A model generated the notes under the pieces. It saw nothing but the letters and a program-made list of their open reading frames with translations, was not told the origin of the DNA and did not search any database. Positions 43,846-52,800 of a stretch of DNA of 52,949 bases are shown here, piece after piece; the first letter of the stretch is position 1, and each line of letters opens with the position of its first letter. A program made the position numbers and the translations under genes. The stretch is from Polyangiaceae bacterium (lineage in GTDB: Bacteria; Myxococcota_A; Polyangia; Polyangiales; Polyangiaceae): assembly GCA_046351395.1 (NCBI GenBank), contig JAXLYP010000017.1, positions 193,508-246,456 of the forward strand, read 5' to 3'.

Positions 43846-43972
43846 GTTGGTGTCAAGCGGGGAGGGATGAAAGGGTTGGGGAGGGATGAACGAGTTGGGG
43901 CGTACGCTCGTCAGACGCCATGCGAACGTTCCCCGCGTCGCGGGATTCCTCCCAGCACTCGAACGACCCCGG

Positions 43973-44728
43973 ATGACGCGCTTCTCTCGAACTTCAACGT
44001 GGGCGATGTGCGCGCTGATCCTCGCGGGGTGCGGCGGCAGTCCCGCGCGTGTCGCGGGGGACCGCGGTCCGAGCGCGTCGGCGAGCGTGGCGGCGAATCC
44101 ACCCGGGGCCACGAGCGCGCCCGAGCCGGTGGGAGGGGACGGCGAGCGGGTCGTGGCGGGCGAGTCGCCCGGGACTCCCGTGATCGCGCCGCCGCCCCCG
44201 GAGGAGCCGCGCCCCGCGCTGCTCTCGACGTGTGAGGAGCGCCGGAGCATCGTGATCCACAAGGCGGAGCGGACGTTGGAGCTTCGATGCGGGGACGCGC
44301 TCGCGGCGCGGTTCGCGGCGTCGCTCGGGAATGCGCCGGAGGGCGCGAAGCAGCACGAGGGGGACGGGCGAACGCCGGAGGGGGACTACTTCATCAGCAT
44401 GAAGTACCCGAGCCAGTACCATCGGTCGCTCCAGCTCGCGTATCCGAACGTCGCGGACGCGGACGCGGGGCTCGCGAAGGGGACGATCAAAGCGACGGAG
44501 CACGCGAAGATCGTGCAGGCGTACGCCACGTGTCGCGAGCCACCCCAGACGACGGCGCTCGGGAGCTTGATCCAGATCCACGGCGGCGGCGGCGGTCCGG
44601 ACGTGGGCGATTGGACGCTCGGTTGCGTCGCCGTGGACAACGACGAGATCGAGGTGGTGTTCGCGTTTCAAAAGCCGGGGTGCGACGCGCAGAATCGCCC
44701 GAACACGCTCGTCCGAATCCTTCCTTGA
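43973..44728 (+). CDS. L,D-transpeptidase (YkuD-fold) lipoprotein
   Basis: Lipobox LAGC; catalytic block LIQIHGGGGGPDVGDWTLGCVAV. Confidence 0.7.
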   Translation: MTRFSRTSTWAMCALILAGCGGSPARVAGDRGPSASASVAANPPGATSAPEPVGGDGERVVAGESPGTPVIAPPPPEEPRPALLSTCEERRSIVIHKAERTLELRCGDALAARFAASLGNAPEGAKQHEGDGRTPEGDYFISMKYPSQYHRSLQLAYPNVADADAGLAKGTIKATEHAKIVQAYATCREPPQTTALGSLIQIHGGGGGPDVGDWTLGCVAVDNDEIEVVFAFQKPGCDAQNRPNTLVRILP

Positions 44729-44918
44729 GGGGCCGACCGCTCCCACGGGCATCGCGGATTGTCTGTCACGCCGCGGGCGCGCGCTCGCTCGGCGGTCGAC
44801 GCGGCGGTGGGACGCGCGCACGCGGGGTCGTTCTCGAGGTGGGGCGGGCGCCTGACGGGAGGCTCGGGAGGCGGTCGACGCGTGCAGCGGGCTGCGCGGA
44901 ACGCGCTATCGTCGACGT

Positions 44919-46043
44919 GTGAGCTCCTACCGAGACGAGCGCGAGGCGCTCCGAGCGCGCGTCGACTCCCTCCAGACGGACGTCGATGGGAAGCAGCGCG
45001 AGCTCGACGCGCTGCGCGCCGCGGGGCCTCCGGCCGAGCGCCTCGACGAGATGGAGCGGCAGGTCGCGGAGGCGCAGCGCGAGATCAAGCGCATGCGCGC
45101 GGCGTATGGGCCGCCGCGATCCCGGTGGCGCGGTGTGGTCGCGGGGGTCGTCGTCGGCGCCGGGGTCGCGACGGGCGTGATGCTCCTCGTGAGAACGAGC
45201 TCCGATCCCGCGCCCGTTTCGGTGGCGTCAGGGAGCGCTCGCCGTGTGAGCCTCGGGTCGTCCGCCGCGGCGGACGTGCGACCGCCACCACTACCTCTGC
45301 CTCCGACTCCGGCGCCGTCCGCGTCGGCGCGACCGTCGCGCACGATGCAGACGGCGTGGAACGCGAAGGTGAAGCGCGCGAAGGGAGCGCCCGTCGCGCT
45401 GGGGGCGCCGTGCGTCGTGAGCGCGACGCTCGTCGAGGACGGGGCGGTCCACGCGTGGGGCGTCTCGGTGAAGTGCGGGGAGGTCTCGCTCTACTCGGCG
45501 AAGGACACGTTCAACGGGACGTCGTCGATCGTGTCCTCGGTGGAGGAGGAGAAAGGGCCCAAGGGGTTCGCTCGCGCGCTCGCGTACGAGGACAAGGGCG
45601 ATCGATCGGGGCGGAGCCAAATCTCGATCGCGACGTGGGACCACGCCGCTCGCGTTTGGGACGAGGGCGTGCGCGCGATGGAGGTGGAGCTCGACGTCGA
45701 CGCGTTCGACGCGCCCACGGAGGAGCACTTCGATCCGAGGACGGGGACGCGGTGCGCGCGCACGAGCGGAGGCGCGCGCGTGAAGAGCGTCGAGGGTATG
45801 CCGGGCGTGCTCGTGGGCGCGCGGTGCACGGTCGCGACGGAGCCCGCGGACGCGGAGTGCAGGGTGACGGTGAAGTGCGGCACGACGCTGCTCTACGATC
45901 GCGGCTTCGCGCCGGTCATCGACGGGGTCATCATGGACGACGCGCCGACCTCGAGCGGGGGCGACCCGCGCCTGCGAATCGAGGGTCGGTCGGTGCTCGT
46001 GTCGGACGAGGGGTGGTCGGTGGGAATCGAGCGCGACAAGTAG
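44919..46043 (+). CDS. hypothetical membrane protein (coiled coil, TM, duplicated Cys-containing ectodomain)
   Basis: GTG start; high GC3; repeat SVKCGEVSLYS / TVKCGTTLLYD; TAG stop followed directly by the next ATG. Confidence 0.5.
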   Translation: MSSYRDEREALRARVDSLQTDVDGKQRELDALRAAGPPAERLDEMERQVAEAQREIKRMRAAYGPPRSRWRGVVAGVVVGAGVATGVMLLVRTSSDPAPVSVASGSARRVSLGSSAAADVRPPPLPLPPTPAPSASARPSRTMQTAWNAKVKRAKGAPVALGAPCVVSATLVEDGAVHAWGVSVKCGEVSLYSAKDTFNGTSSIVSSVEEEKGPKGFARALAYEDKGDRSGRSQISIATWDHAARVWDEGVRAMEVELDVDAFDAPTEEHFDPRTGTRCARTSGGARVKSVEGMPGVLVGARCTVATEPADAECRVTVKCGTTLLYDRGFAPVIDGVIMDDAPTSSGGDPRLRIEGRSVLVSDEGWSVGIERDK

Positions 46044-47180
46044 ATGAACGCACCGCTCTCATGGCCGGTGACGGTGTTCTTCGTCCTCGTGTTCGGGGTG
46101 CTTCTCCCGCTCGGGGTCGCGGTCATCGCCGCGATCCGCGTGAGAGGGTACCTCGCGCGAGCGAGGCATTTTCGGGACGCGGCGAGCGCGCCGTTCACCG
46201 GTCGCCCGGGGCCCGCCGTGCTGAGCGGGCGGACGCGATGGATCGAGCCCGCGGAGTGCCCGGTCCACGTGACGATCACGCAGGCGGGATCGGAGCGGAC
46301 CGCGAAGGGCAACCCGTACGTCGCGTGGACGGAGCAGGGCCGGCGCGCGCACTTCGCGCCGTTCGAAGTGGAGACGGGGAAGACCCCGATCCGCGTCGAG
46401 CCGGACGACGAGACGCTGTACGCGGACGCGCTGGACGAATCGGAGATTGTCGGTCCGGGTGTCCGTGAGAAGCGAGCGCGCCTGAGTCAGGGCGAGCCGG
46501 TGTGGATCGAGGGAGCGCTACGGCCGACGCGCAACCGGACGGGGGCGGCGACGGCGTATCGGGGCGCGGTGGCGACGGATCCGGAGTCCGTCACGCGCCC
46601 GCTCGTGTTCATGCGCAAGCCGTTCGAGCCGCTGGTGATCCACACGTCGCCTCCTGGGCAGGAGCAGCGATCGCGCATTTTGTTCAACGTCGCGGCGATC
46701 GCGGGCGCGATCGCGGTGTTCCTCGCGATGAACCTCGTGGTGAACCGGGACTTCGTCGACTCGCTGCTCCACGGCCGGGTCGCGCTCGGGGTGGCGACGG
46801 GGCGGCGGACGGAGATCGGCGCCCGGAGCAAGACGGGGGCGGTGATTCGGCTCGTGCACTTCGTGACGTTCGAGCTTCCGCCGAGCGAGCTCGAGCGGAC
46901 GGTCGAAGCGCGCACGGATCCGGAGACGTACGCCGAGGTCGAGCAAGACGAGCACACGCGCAAGACGTGTAGCCGGCTGGTCCGGTACACGCCGGGGGAT
47001 CCGTGGAATGCGGTGCTCGGAGAGCGCCCCCTCGCGCGGTGGTGGGTGGTGGTGGTGTCGCCGATCGTGATGATCCTCGCGGCCGCCTACTTCCTTCAAG
47101 AGCGGAACCTCAGGCCCTGGTACGAGGGGAGGAAGCTGAACGAGACGGAGCCCGGGCGGCTGCCGTGGAGCCCGCGCTGA
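46044..47180 (+). CDS. hypothetical polytopic membrane protein
   Basis: Translationally coupled to the upstream gene; about 4 TM helices. Confidence 0.5.
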   Translation: MNAPLSWPVTVFFVLVFGVLLPLGVAVIAAIRVRGYLARARHFRDAASAPFTGRPGPAVLSGRTRWIEPAECPVHVTITQAGSERTAKGNPYVAWTEQGRRAHFAPFEVETGKTPIRVEPDDETLYADALDESEIVGPGVREKRARLSQGEPVWIEGALRPTRNRTGAATAYRGAVATDPESVTRPLVFMRKPFEPLVIHTSPPGQEQRSRILFNVAAIAGAIAVFLAMNLVVNRDFVDSLLHGRVALGVATGRRTEIGARSKTGAVIRLVHFVTFELPPSELERTVEARTDPETYAEVEQDEHTRKTCSRLVRYTPGDPWNAVLGERPLARWWVVVVSPIVMILAAAYFLQERNLRPWYEGRKLNETEPGRLPWSPR

Positions 47181-48072
47181 CGGGCGCCGCGTGGACGGAT
47201 TGGATGTACGCGCTCGGTGATGCGCCGACGACGCGCTTGAAGTCGCGCGCGAAGTGGGCCTGATCGGAGTAGCCGAGGGCGAGCGCGAGATCGGCGAGGG
47301 ATGGGGGCGAGGGGGCCTTGAGGCGCTCCGCGGCTTCATGGAGTCGATAGCGAGCGAGCACCCACTTCGGGGTGACGCCGACGAAGCGCTGGAACTGGCG
47401 CTGGAGGGTGCGGACGTCGACGCGCGCGATCCGCGCGACGTCCTCGACGCGCACGAGGGTTCGATCCTCGGAGATCCGCTCCACGAGGTCGCGGACGCGC
47501 GCGATCTCGACGGGGGGGCGCTCGAGGCGGGGGCGGAGGAAGGCTTCGGACGCGTCGATCCGCGCCGCGGTGTCCGGGAGGGATGCGATGAGGCGCCCGA
47601 GCTCGATTCCAGGGGCGCCGAACAGGTCCTCGATGGGGACGACCTTCCCCGTGAGGGTGTGGAGCGAGCGCCCGAGGACGGGGTGGAAGCAGGCGGGTCG
47701 GAATTTGATGCCGAACACCCAGCCATCCCCGTGGAGCGTGCGCTCGAAGCGCGCGCGGGGCACGCCGCTCACCTCGGCGGTCGGGGCGCGTCTGGATTGC
47801 TGGCTCTCGAAGAGGATGTGGACCGTGGGGTGCGGGAGCGTCGCGGCGGTGAAGGGGGCACGAAGGGCCCATTGGACGCTCCAGAAGTGGGCGATGCTGT
47901 GCGCGAGCGCGGCGGAAGGCGCGACGCGATCGTGATGTGTGGTGCCGTTCGGTGCGGGCGGATGGGCGTGAAGGACGCCTCTCGGCGGACCGAGTCGGGG
48001 GCTCTGCGAGCTGAACCGGTCGTGGGCCGACGAACTGAGTGCACGTGCGGGCCGAGGCGTCAGACCCGTCAT
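47110..48072 (-). CDS. AraC-family transcriptional regulator (start uncertain)
   Basis: LADLALALGYSDQAHFARDFKRVVGASPSAY helix-turn-helix near the C-terminus. Confidence 0.55.
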   Translation of the reverse strand: MTGLTPRPARALSSSAHDRFSSQSPRLGPPRGVLHAHPPAPNGTTHHDRVAPSAALAHSIAHFWSVQWALRAPFTAATLPHPTVHILFESQQSRRAPTAEVSGVPRARFERTLHGDGWVFGIKFRPACFHPVLGRSLHTLTGKVVPIEDLFGAPGIELGRLIASLPDTAARIDASEAFLRPRLERPPVEIARVRDLVERISEDRTLVRVEDVARIARVDVRTLQRQFQRFVGVTPKWVLARYRLHEAAERLKAPSPPSLADLALALGYSDQAHFARDFKRVVGASPSAYIQSVHAAPVSAGSTAAARAPSRSASSPRTRA

Positions 48073-48426
48073 CGTAGGTGAAGGAGCGCGACTCGGGGGG
48101 GTTGGGTGGGCCCCCACTCGCGCGCTGGCGCGCGCGGTCTCCCCCTTGTCCGTGCTCGGGCGCGCCCGCGGCGGTGACTTTTTCGTGCGGGGCGCTCGTG
48201 CGGCGCGCCCTGCGCGCGGACGGGGGAGACAGGTCCGACTCACCCCACCCGCTGGATCGTGTGGCGACGATCGACAAGACCCGGTCGCGGCTCCGAGGGT
48301 GCCTCCATGTCGCGAGCCCGGGCTTCAATGCGGGGTATCGGGGGACCGCTCTCCTCGCATCTTGGAGGCGGTAGCCGCCCCCTCGCGCCTATCGCGCGCG
48401 GCGACTCACGTCGCGCGGGGTGCGGT

Positions 48427-48478
48427 GAAGACTCATGCCCCCAAGTTCCCACGTGCGCGAGATGGACACTACTGCGCG
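48427..48478. repeat. about 50-bp repeat, copy 1 (pairs with 50163..50216)
   Basis: gaagactcatgcccccaagt.c..acgtgcgcgagatggac.cta.tgcgc shared directly. Confidence 0.6.
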
Positions 48479-50106
48479 GGAAGCTTCAGCGTCTCCGCGC
48501 CGGATCCGTCGTCGCCCTTGCCGCCGGCATCCGATGCACCACCCAGCCCGCCGCCCGCTCGCGTGGACGTGAAGCCAGCGGCCGGTGCCGAGGTCACGTA
48601 GGCGATTGCCAACGAGTGTCCGCCGTGGCCGCCGCCACCCGCGCCGCCATTGCTGCCCTGGCCTCCCTTGCCTCCATCGCAGGCCGTCGGGGTGCCGGCG
48701 CCAGAGCCGGCATTGCCGCCCTTTCCGCCGACCGCACCAAACTGTCCAGCTGCGCCGCTTCCGCCGGCGCCACCCTTGCCGACGGTGAAGCTCACGCCCG
48801 AGAGAGTTGGGGCCGCGCCCAGGACGATCATCCCGATGCTCGCGCCCCCAGCGCCGCCTCCGGGGGCTCCGTGGCCCCCGCAACCGCCCGCGCCGCCGCC
48901 GCCCCTGCTCGCGCCGCGAATGTCTGCGAGAGGCGGCGTCACGTCCTTGAGTCCCTTCGCGCCGCCGCCTCCGCCTCCGAGGCCGGGACGCCCGTCCTCG
49001 CCGACTCCGCCGGAAGCTCCTGCGTAGCCCATCGAGGAGATTGTCCCCGGCAGGGTCGCGTTCGGGCCCGGCATGACGGAGGCGCCGTTGGAGCCCTGAT
49101 GTCCGGGCGCGCAGCCACCCCCCATGTCACCAGGTCCTCCCACGCCATCATTCCCCGCCACAATCGGGGGCGTTGGCGTCGCAGTCCCATCATCACCCTT
49201 TATGCCGTCGCTTGCGACCGCAACGACCTTTCCACCCTCTCCTCCAGCCCCGCCAGTGGTCGTGCAAAACGGGTTCGTCCCCGGGAGTCCACCTGGATTG
49301 GTCATGGTCGGCGTGGTCGTGTTGGCGTCGGCCCCGACGCCGCCCGCGATGGGGGCGGCCATCGAGTTTGTCGGACCGATGTTGTCCGTCGGCGTGGTGC
49401 TGTCCTGTCCCGCGGCAGCGTCGCCCGTCTCCACGTCCACGTCCGCAAACACGGACGGGACCTCGCCCACGATCACTCCAATCGCGCTCGAGCCCGGCGC
49501 CGCGCCCGCAGTCGCAAGGACCTTCAGGCGGTCGACCTCCGTCGTCCCCTGACCATCCGCCAGCCTCAGGCCGATCTCGCCCGCATCCGGCTCGAGCGTG
49601 GTGCGCGCGTCCGCCGCCTTGATCTTGTACCCCGCCGAACAATCCAGGCCGCCATACACGACCACCCCCGCCGGAAGCACGATGCCGCTCGTGTCCGTCA
49701 GCGCGCCCTCACAGACATAGATCGTCTTGCCCGCCGTCCACGCGATGACCGCGGCGCTCAACGTCTTGAGGGGCGCCGCCATCGTCCCCGCCTGCATGTT
49801 GTCGCCCCCCACCGGGTCGACGAACACCCCGCACGAGTCCCCCTTCGTCGGACCGCTCGTCAGAGACACGGCGCAGTCCATCGACACCCCCGTGCTGCTC
49901 GACGTCATCGTCGCGGATGACGAATTCGTCATGCTCGCCGCCGTCGTACTCGAGGTCGCGCCTCCTGCGCCCCCGGAGCAAGGAGCCGAGTGATCCGCGC
50001 AGGAGTCCGTGGACTCCGAGGGGCACCCGGCCATGAGGCTCGCGAGCGCGAGCGACGCCACGAGCGCGCAGGCGCTGGTCTTGATGTGCGAACGAGGAAG
50101 CGTCAT
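48469..50106 (-). CDS. DUF1565-like (parallel beta-helix) lipoprotein with Gly-rich C-terminal region, paralog A
   Basis: Lipobox LMAGC; ...PLKTLSAAVIAWTAGKTIYVCEGALTD...; long (GGx)n region. Confidence 0.6.
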   Translation of the reverse strand: MTLPRSHIKTSACALVASLALASLMAGCPSESTDSCADHSAPCSGGAGGATSSTTAASMTNSSSATMTSSSTGVSMDCAVSLTSGPTKGDSCGVFVDPVGGDNMQAGTMAAPLKTLSAAVIAWTAGKTIYVCEGALTDTSGIVLPAGVVVYGGLDCSAGYKIKAADARTTLEPDAGEIGLRLADGQGTTEVDRLKVLATAGAAPGSSAIGVIVGEVPSVFADVDVETGDAAAGQDSTTPTDNIGPTNSMAAPIAGGVGADANTTTPTMTNPGGLPGTNPFCTTTGGAGGEGGKVVAVASDGIKGDDGTATPTPPIVAGNDGVGGPGDMGGGCAPGHQGSNGASVMPGPNATLPGTISSMGYAGASGGVGEDGRPGLGGGGGGAKGLKDVTPPLADIRGASRGGGGAGGCGGHGAPGGGAGGASIGMIVLGAAPTLSGVSFTVGKGGAGGSGAAGQFGAVGGKGGNAGSGAGTPTACDGGKGGQGSNGGAGGGGHGGHSLAIAYVTSAPAAGFTSTRAGGGLGGASDAGGKGDDGSGAETLKLPAQ

Positions 50107-50162
50107 GGGTGTTCTCCGAACGGAGCGGCAGTTGGAGGGCGGAGGAGTGTGCGTGCGCGGAC

Positions 50163-50216
50163 GAAGACTCATGCCCCCAAGTCTTCTTACGTGCGCGAGA
50201 TGGACGCTATTGCGCC
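50163..50216. repeat. about 50-bp repeat, copy 2, with perfect hairpin GAAGACT-N10-AGTCTTC
   Basis: See copy 1. Lies 57 nt upstream of paralog A's start. Confidence 0.6.
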
Positions 50217-50298
50217 GAAAGTTAAAATTCTCGTGCCGCGGCCTCCTACGCTCGAGTCCAACCCCAACGAATCCCATGGTCGAGACTGCCGAAGCCAT

Positions 50299-51897
50299 TC
50301 ATTCGGGCAACTCCATGGACGCCGCGACGCTGCCGTCTGCGCCACTCGTCGCCTGATCAATACCGTTCGAGCCACCGCTGCCGCCCATGCCGGCGGTTCC
50401 GGGAGACGCGACTGTGGGCATCTCCGTCGGTGGCGATCCCGCATAGGCCACCGCGATAGCGTGCCCGCCACGACCGCCGCCCCCAGACCCGCCGTTCCCG
50501 CCGGAACCTCCAGTGCCACCACCACACGCGGGTTTGACGCCCCCGCCGCCCATACCCCCGCCCATGCCTGTGCCCCCCAGCTGACCAAGCTGCCCGTTCC
50601 CGCCTCTACCGCCGACGCCACCCGACCCGAGCGAGATGGAGACATTGCTGAATGAGATCGTCGAGTGGAACGACAGAACGCCGATGCTCGAGCCACCGCC
50701 GCCGCCACCGGTTCCCTTGGTACCCCCACAGCCCCCCGCACCGCCACTCCCGCCGCCAGCCCCGTGCACTGTGGCCGTGGCCTTCGATCCCCCGCCGCCT
50801 CCCGCGCCTTGGCCCCTCTTTCCAGATCCGCCGTCGCCACCCGACGCGTTTGCATAGGCGCCCGCCGTCAGCTGTCCGAAGGTACTCATCGATGCCCCTT
50901 GCCCGGTTGAGCCATCCATTCCGCCCGCGCCGAACCCTCCACCACCAACTCCGGTCGCGCAACTCCACATCACGCCGCCGTTGTCGCCGATTCCGCCCAG
51001 CGTGGGACCCAGGTTGTCGTCTCCATTGTCTCCGGCGGCTCCGTTTCCGTTCATGATGGTGCCTCCGTCACCGCCCTTGCCACCATTGCTTACACCGTCC
51101 GGGCACGTGTTGTTGGCCGATTTTGCGCCACCCGCAAGCATCACGTCTGCTGCATTCTTGCCAGGGTTGCCGCCTGGCGCCTGATTGGCCTGCGGCCCAC
51201 CGTCGACGCCGGCAGACCCGGGGGCGCCATCTCCGCCCACGAGTACCGCGTTGTTGATGTCCAGGGTGGCATTCGCAGCATGAACTACTACGCTCGAGGC
51301 TCCCATCGTGGTCGCCTTGGGTGAGGTCAGGTCGATTGAATCGACCACCGAGCCCCCTGAACCAGTGATAGAGAGTGCCGGCTGGTTGACGGATCCCATC
51401 ACCTGGGGGTGAGGGTTGGAGTGCGAAAACGTCCAGTCGGTGCATGACAGCCCGCCGAGCAGGGAAATGCCGCCTGGCAGTGTGATGGAACCGTCGAAGG
51501 ATCCGCTGCCGCAGACATATACGCGTGGCTTCTCACTCGTCGTTGCAGCAACGGCCTCAGCGATACTCCCCAGAGGATCCATCTGAGTTCCGCCTCCCGA
51601 CGCCCCCTGCTTTACGAACACGCCACACTCGGCACCGACCGGCTTCCCCTCGACGAGCGCACATTGCTCAGGGGTTCCGGTCGAGGAAGACACTGTTGAC
51701 GTACTCGTCATGCTCGCCGCCGTCGTGCTGGACGACCCCGAGCCACCACCCGTTCCCGACGGGCAGCCCGCGTCGTACAGTTCGGGGTGTGTGTTGCAGG
51801 TGTTCTCTTGGTCGAAGAACACGCATGAGCCCGTCAAGCAGGCGGCGACCAGCGAAAGTGCGATGGAACCTCGGGTCAACTGTCGCTGGCTTCTCAT
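50299..51897 (-). CDS. DUF1565-like lipoprotein with Gly-rich C-terminal region, paralog B
   Basis: Lipobox LTGSC; ...PLGSIAEAVAATTSEKPRVYVCGSGSFDGSI...; Gly-rich tail. Confidence 0.6.
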   Translation of the reverse strand: MRSQRQLTRGSIALSLVAACLTGSCVFFDQENTCNTHPELYDAGCPSGTGGGSGSSSTTAASMTSTSTVSSSTGTPEQCALVEGKPVGAECGVFVKQGASGGGTQMDPLGSIAEAVAATTSEKPRVYVCGSGSFDGSITLPGGISLLGGLSCTDWTFSHSNPHPQVMGSVNQPALSITGSGGSVVDSIDLTSPKATTMGASSVVVHAANATLDINNAVLVGGDGAPGSAGVDGGPQANQAPGGNPGKNAADVMLAGGAKSANNTCPDGVSNGGKGGDGGTIMNGNGAAGDNGDDNLGPTLGGIGDNGGVMWSCATGVGGGGFGAGGMDGSTGQGASMSTFGQLTAGAYANASGGDGGSGKRGQGAGGGGGSKATATVHGAGGGSGGAGGCGGTKGTGGGGGGSSIGVLSFHSTISFSNVSISLGSGGVGGRGGNGQLGQLGGTGMGGGMGGGGVKPACGGGTGGSGGNGGSGGGGRGGHAIAVAYAGSPPTEMPTVASPGTAGMGGSGGSNGIDQATSGADGSVAASMELPE

Positions 51898-51921
51898 GTT
51901 TCAAATCTCCAAGCTTCGGAA

Positions 51922-52800
51922 TCAGAAGTGCGTCGAGAGCTCGACGCCGAACGCATCTGTGCTGACGATGGGGACGACGGCCACGGGCGCGGGCTCGGAC
52001 TGTGGCTTTCCCAGCGCCCATATCAAGAGGACTGTGGAGGGGATGGCCACTACGCCCGCGCTGATGAACAACCACGGAGACGCGTTGCTCAACGTTCGCT
52101 TGTTCGTTTCGAAGTCCGTCCCCGCCTCGCACGGGTAGGAAGGGCAGTGAAAGTCCGGGTCGGCATTGGCCGCGACAGCGGTTCCAATGCCCGCACCGAG
52201 GAGTCCCGCGGTCACGCTCAGGCCCAAGATGGCCGGCCAAATCGGTCTGTGCTGCCCGGGCGGAGGCGTCGTCGGAAAAGGGATGACCACGGGCTCTGGT
52301 GGCTTCGTGCCCGCCACCGCATCGAAGTCCACCGCACCCTTCTTGGCGCCCGAGGTCGCTTCGAAGTGGTGCTTGCCCGGGTCCAAGAACAGCGTGATGG
52401 GGCCGCGTCCCATAGGCTGTGAATCGATGGTGATATCCGCCGAGGTCTCGGCACCCTGCACCGTCAGCTCGGCCACGTGCTCCTTCGCCTTCTTCAGGGC
52501 GTCCAGAAAGTCCTGCTCGACTCCCGACGTCGAATTCTTCGCGTAGAACGCGATGTGCGTCGCCCCCTCGCGGTACTTTCCGAGCTCGACCTCACACTTC
52601 CCCTGAAGTCCGCGGATCTGGCCGTGCTGGAAAATGGCCCACGCTGCTTCGGCTTTTGCGACGCACTCGCTCCAATCCTTTCGCCCCGCGGCGATTCCGG
52701 CCTGTTCGAACACCTTGGCGGCATCGTCCGCCGGGTCTGCGCTCGCCACCCCCGCCACGCTCATGGCGGCGAGTGAGGCGATCATCCATGACGCTTTCAC
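51922..52800 (-). CDS. secreted hypothetical protein with C-terminal TM segments; lower GC than its neighbours
   Basis: GGAGGGAG upstream of a GTG start that overlaps the upstream stop (GTGA); signal peptide MKASWMIASLAAMSVAGVASA; ends in Phe. Confidence 0.5.
   Translation of the reverse strand: MKASWMIASLAAMSVAGVASADPADDAAKVFEQAGIAAGRKDWSECVAKAEAAWAIFQHGQIRGLQGKCEVELGKYREGATHIAFYAKNSTSGVEQDFLDALKKAKEHVAELTVQGAETSADITIDSQPMGRGPITLFLDPGKHHFEATSGAKKGAVDFDAVAGTKPPEPVVIPFPTTPPPGQHRPIWPAILGLSVTAGLLGAGIGTAVAANADPDFHCPSYPCEAGTDFETNKRTLSNASPWLFISAGVVAIPSTVLLIWALGKPQSEPAPVAVVPIVSTDAFGVELSTHF

Noticed and set aside
44759-48328. ORFs 44759..46468(+), 46518..47726(-), 47336..48328(-)
   Set aside because: Arg-rich off-frame or antisense artefacts of 44919..46043, 46044..47180 and the AraC gene.
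48600-51500. Regularly spaced Gly-codon repeats, as a possible CRISPR-like array
   Set aside because: The periodicity is 3-9 nt (GGx codons) inside high-GC3 coding frames of two lipoproteins. There are no 25-40-bp direct repeats with unique spacers.
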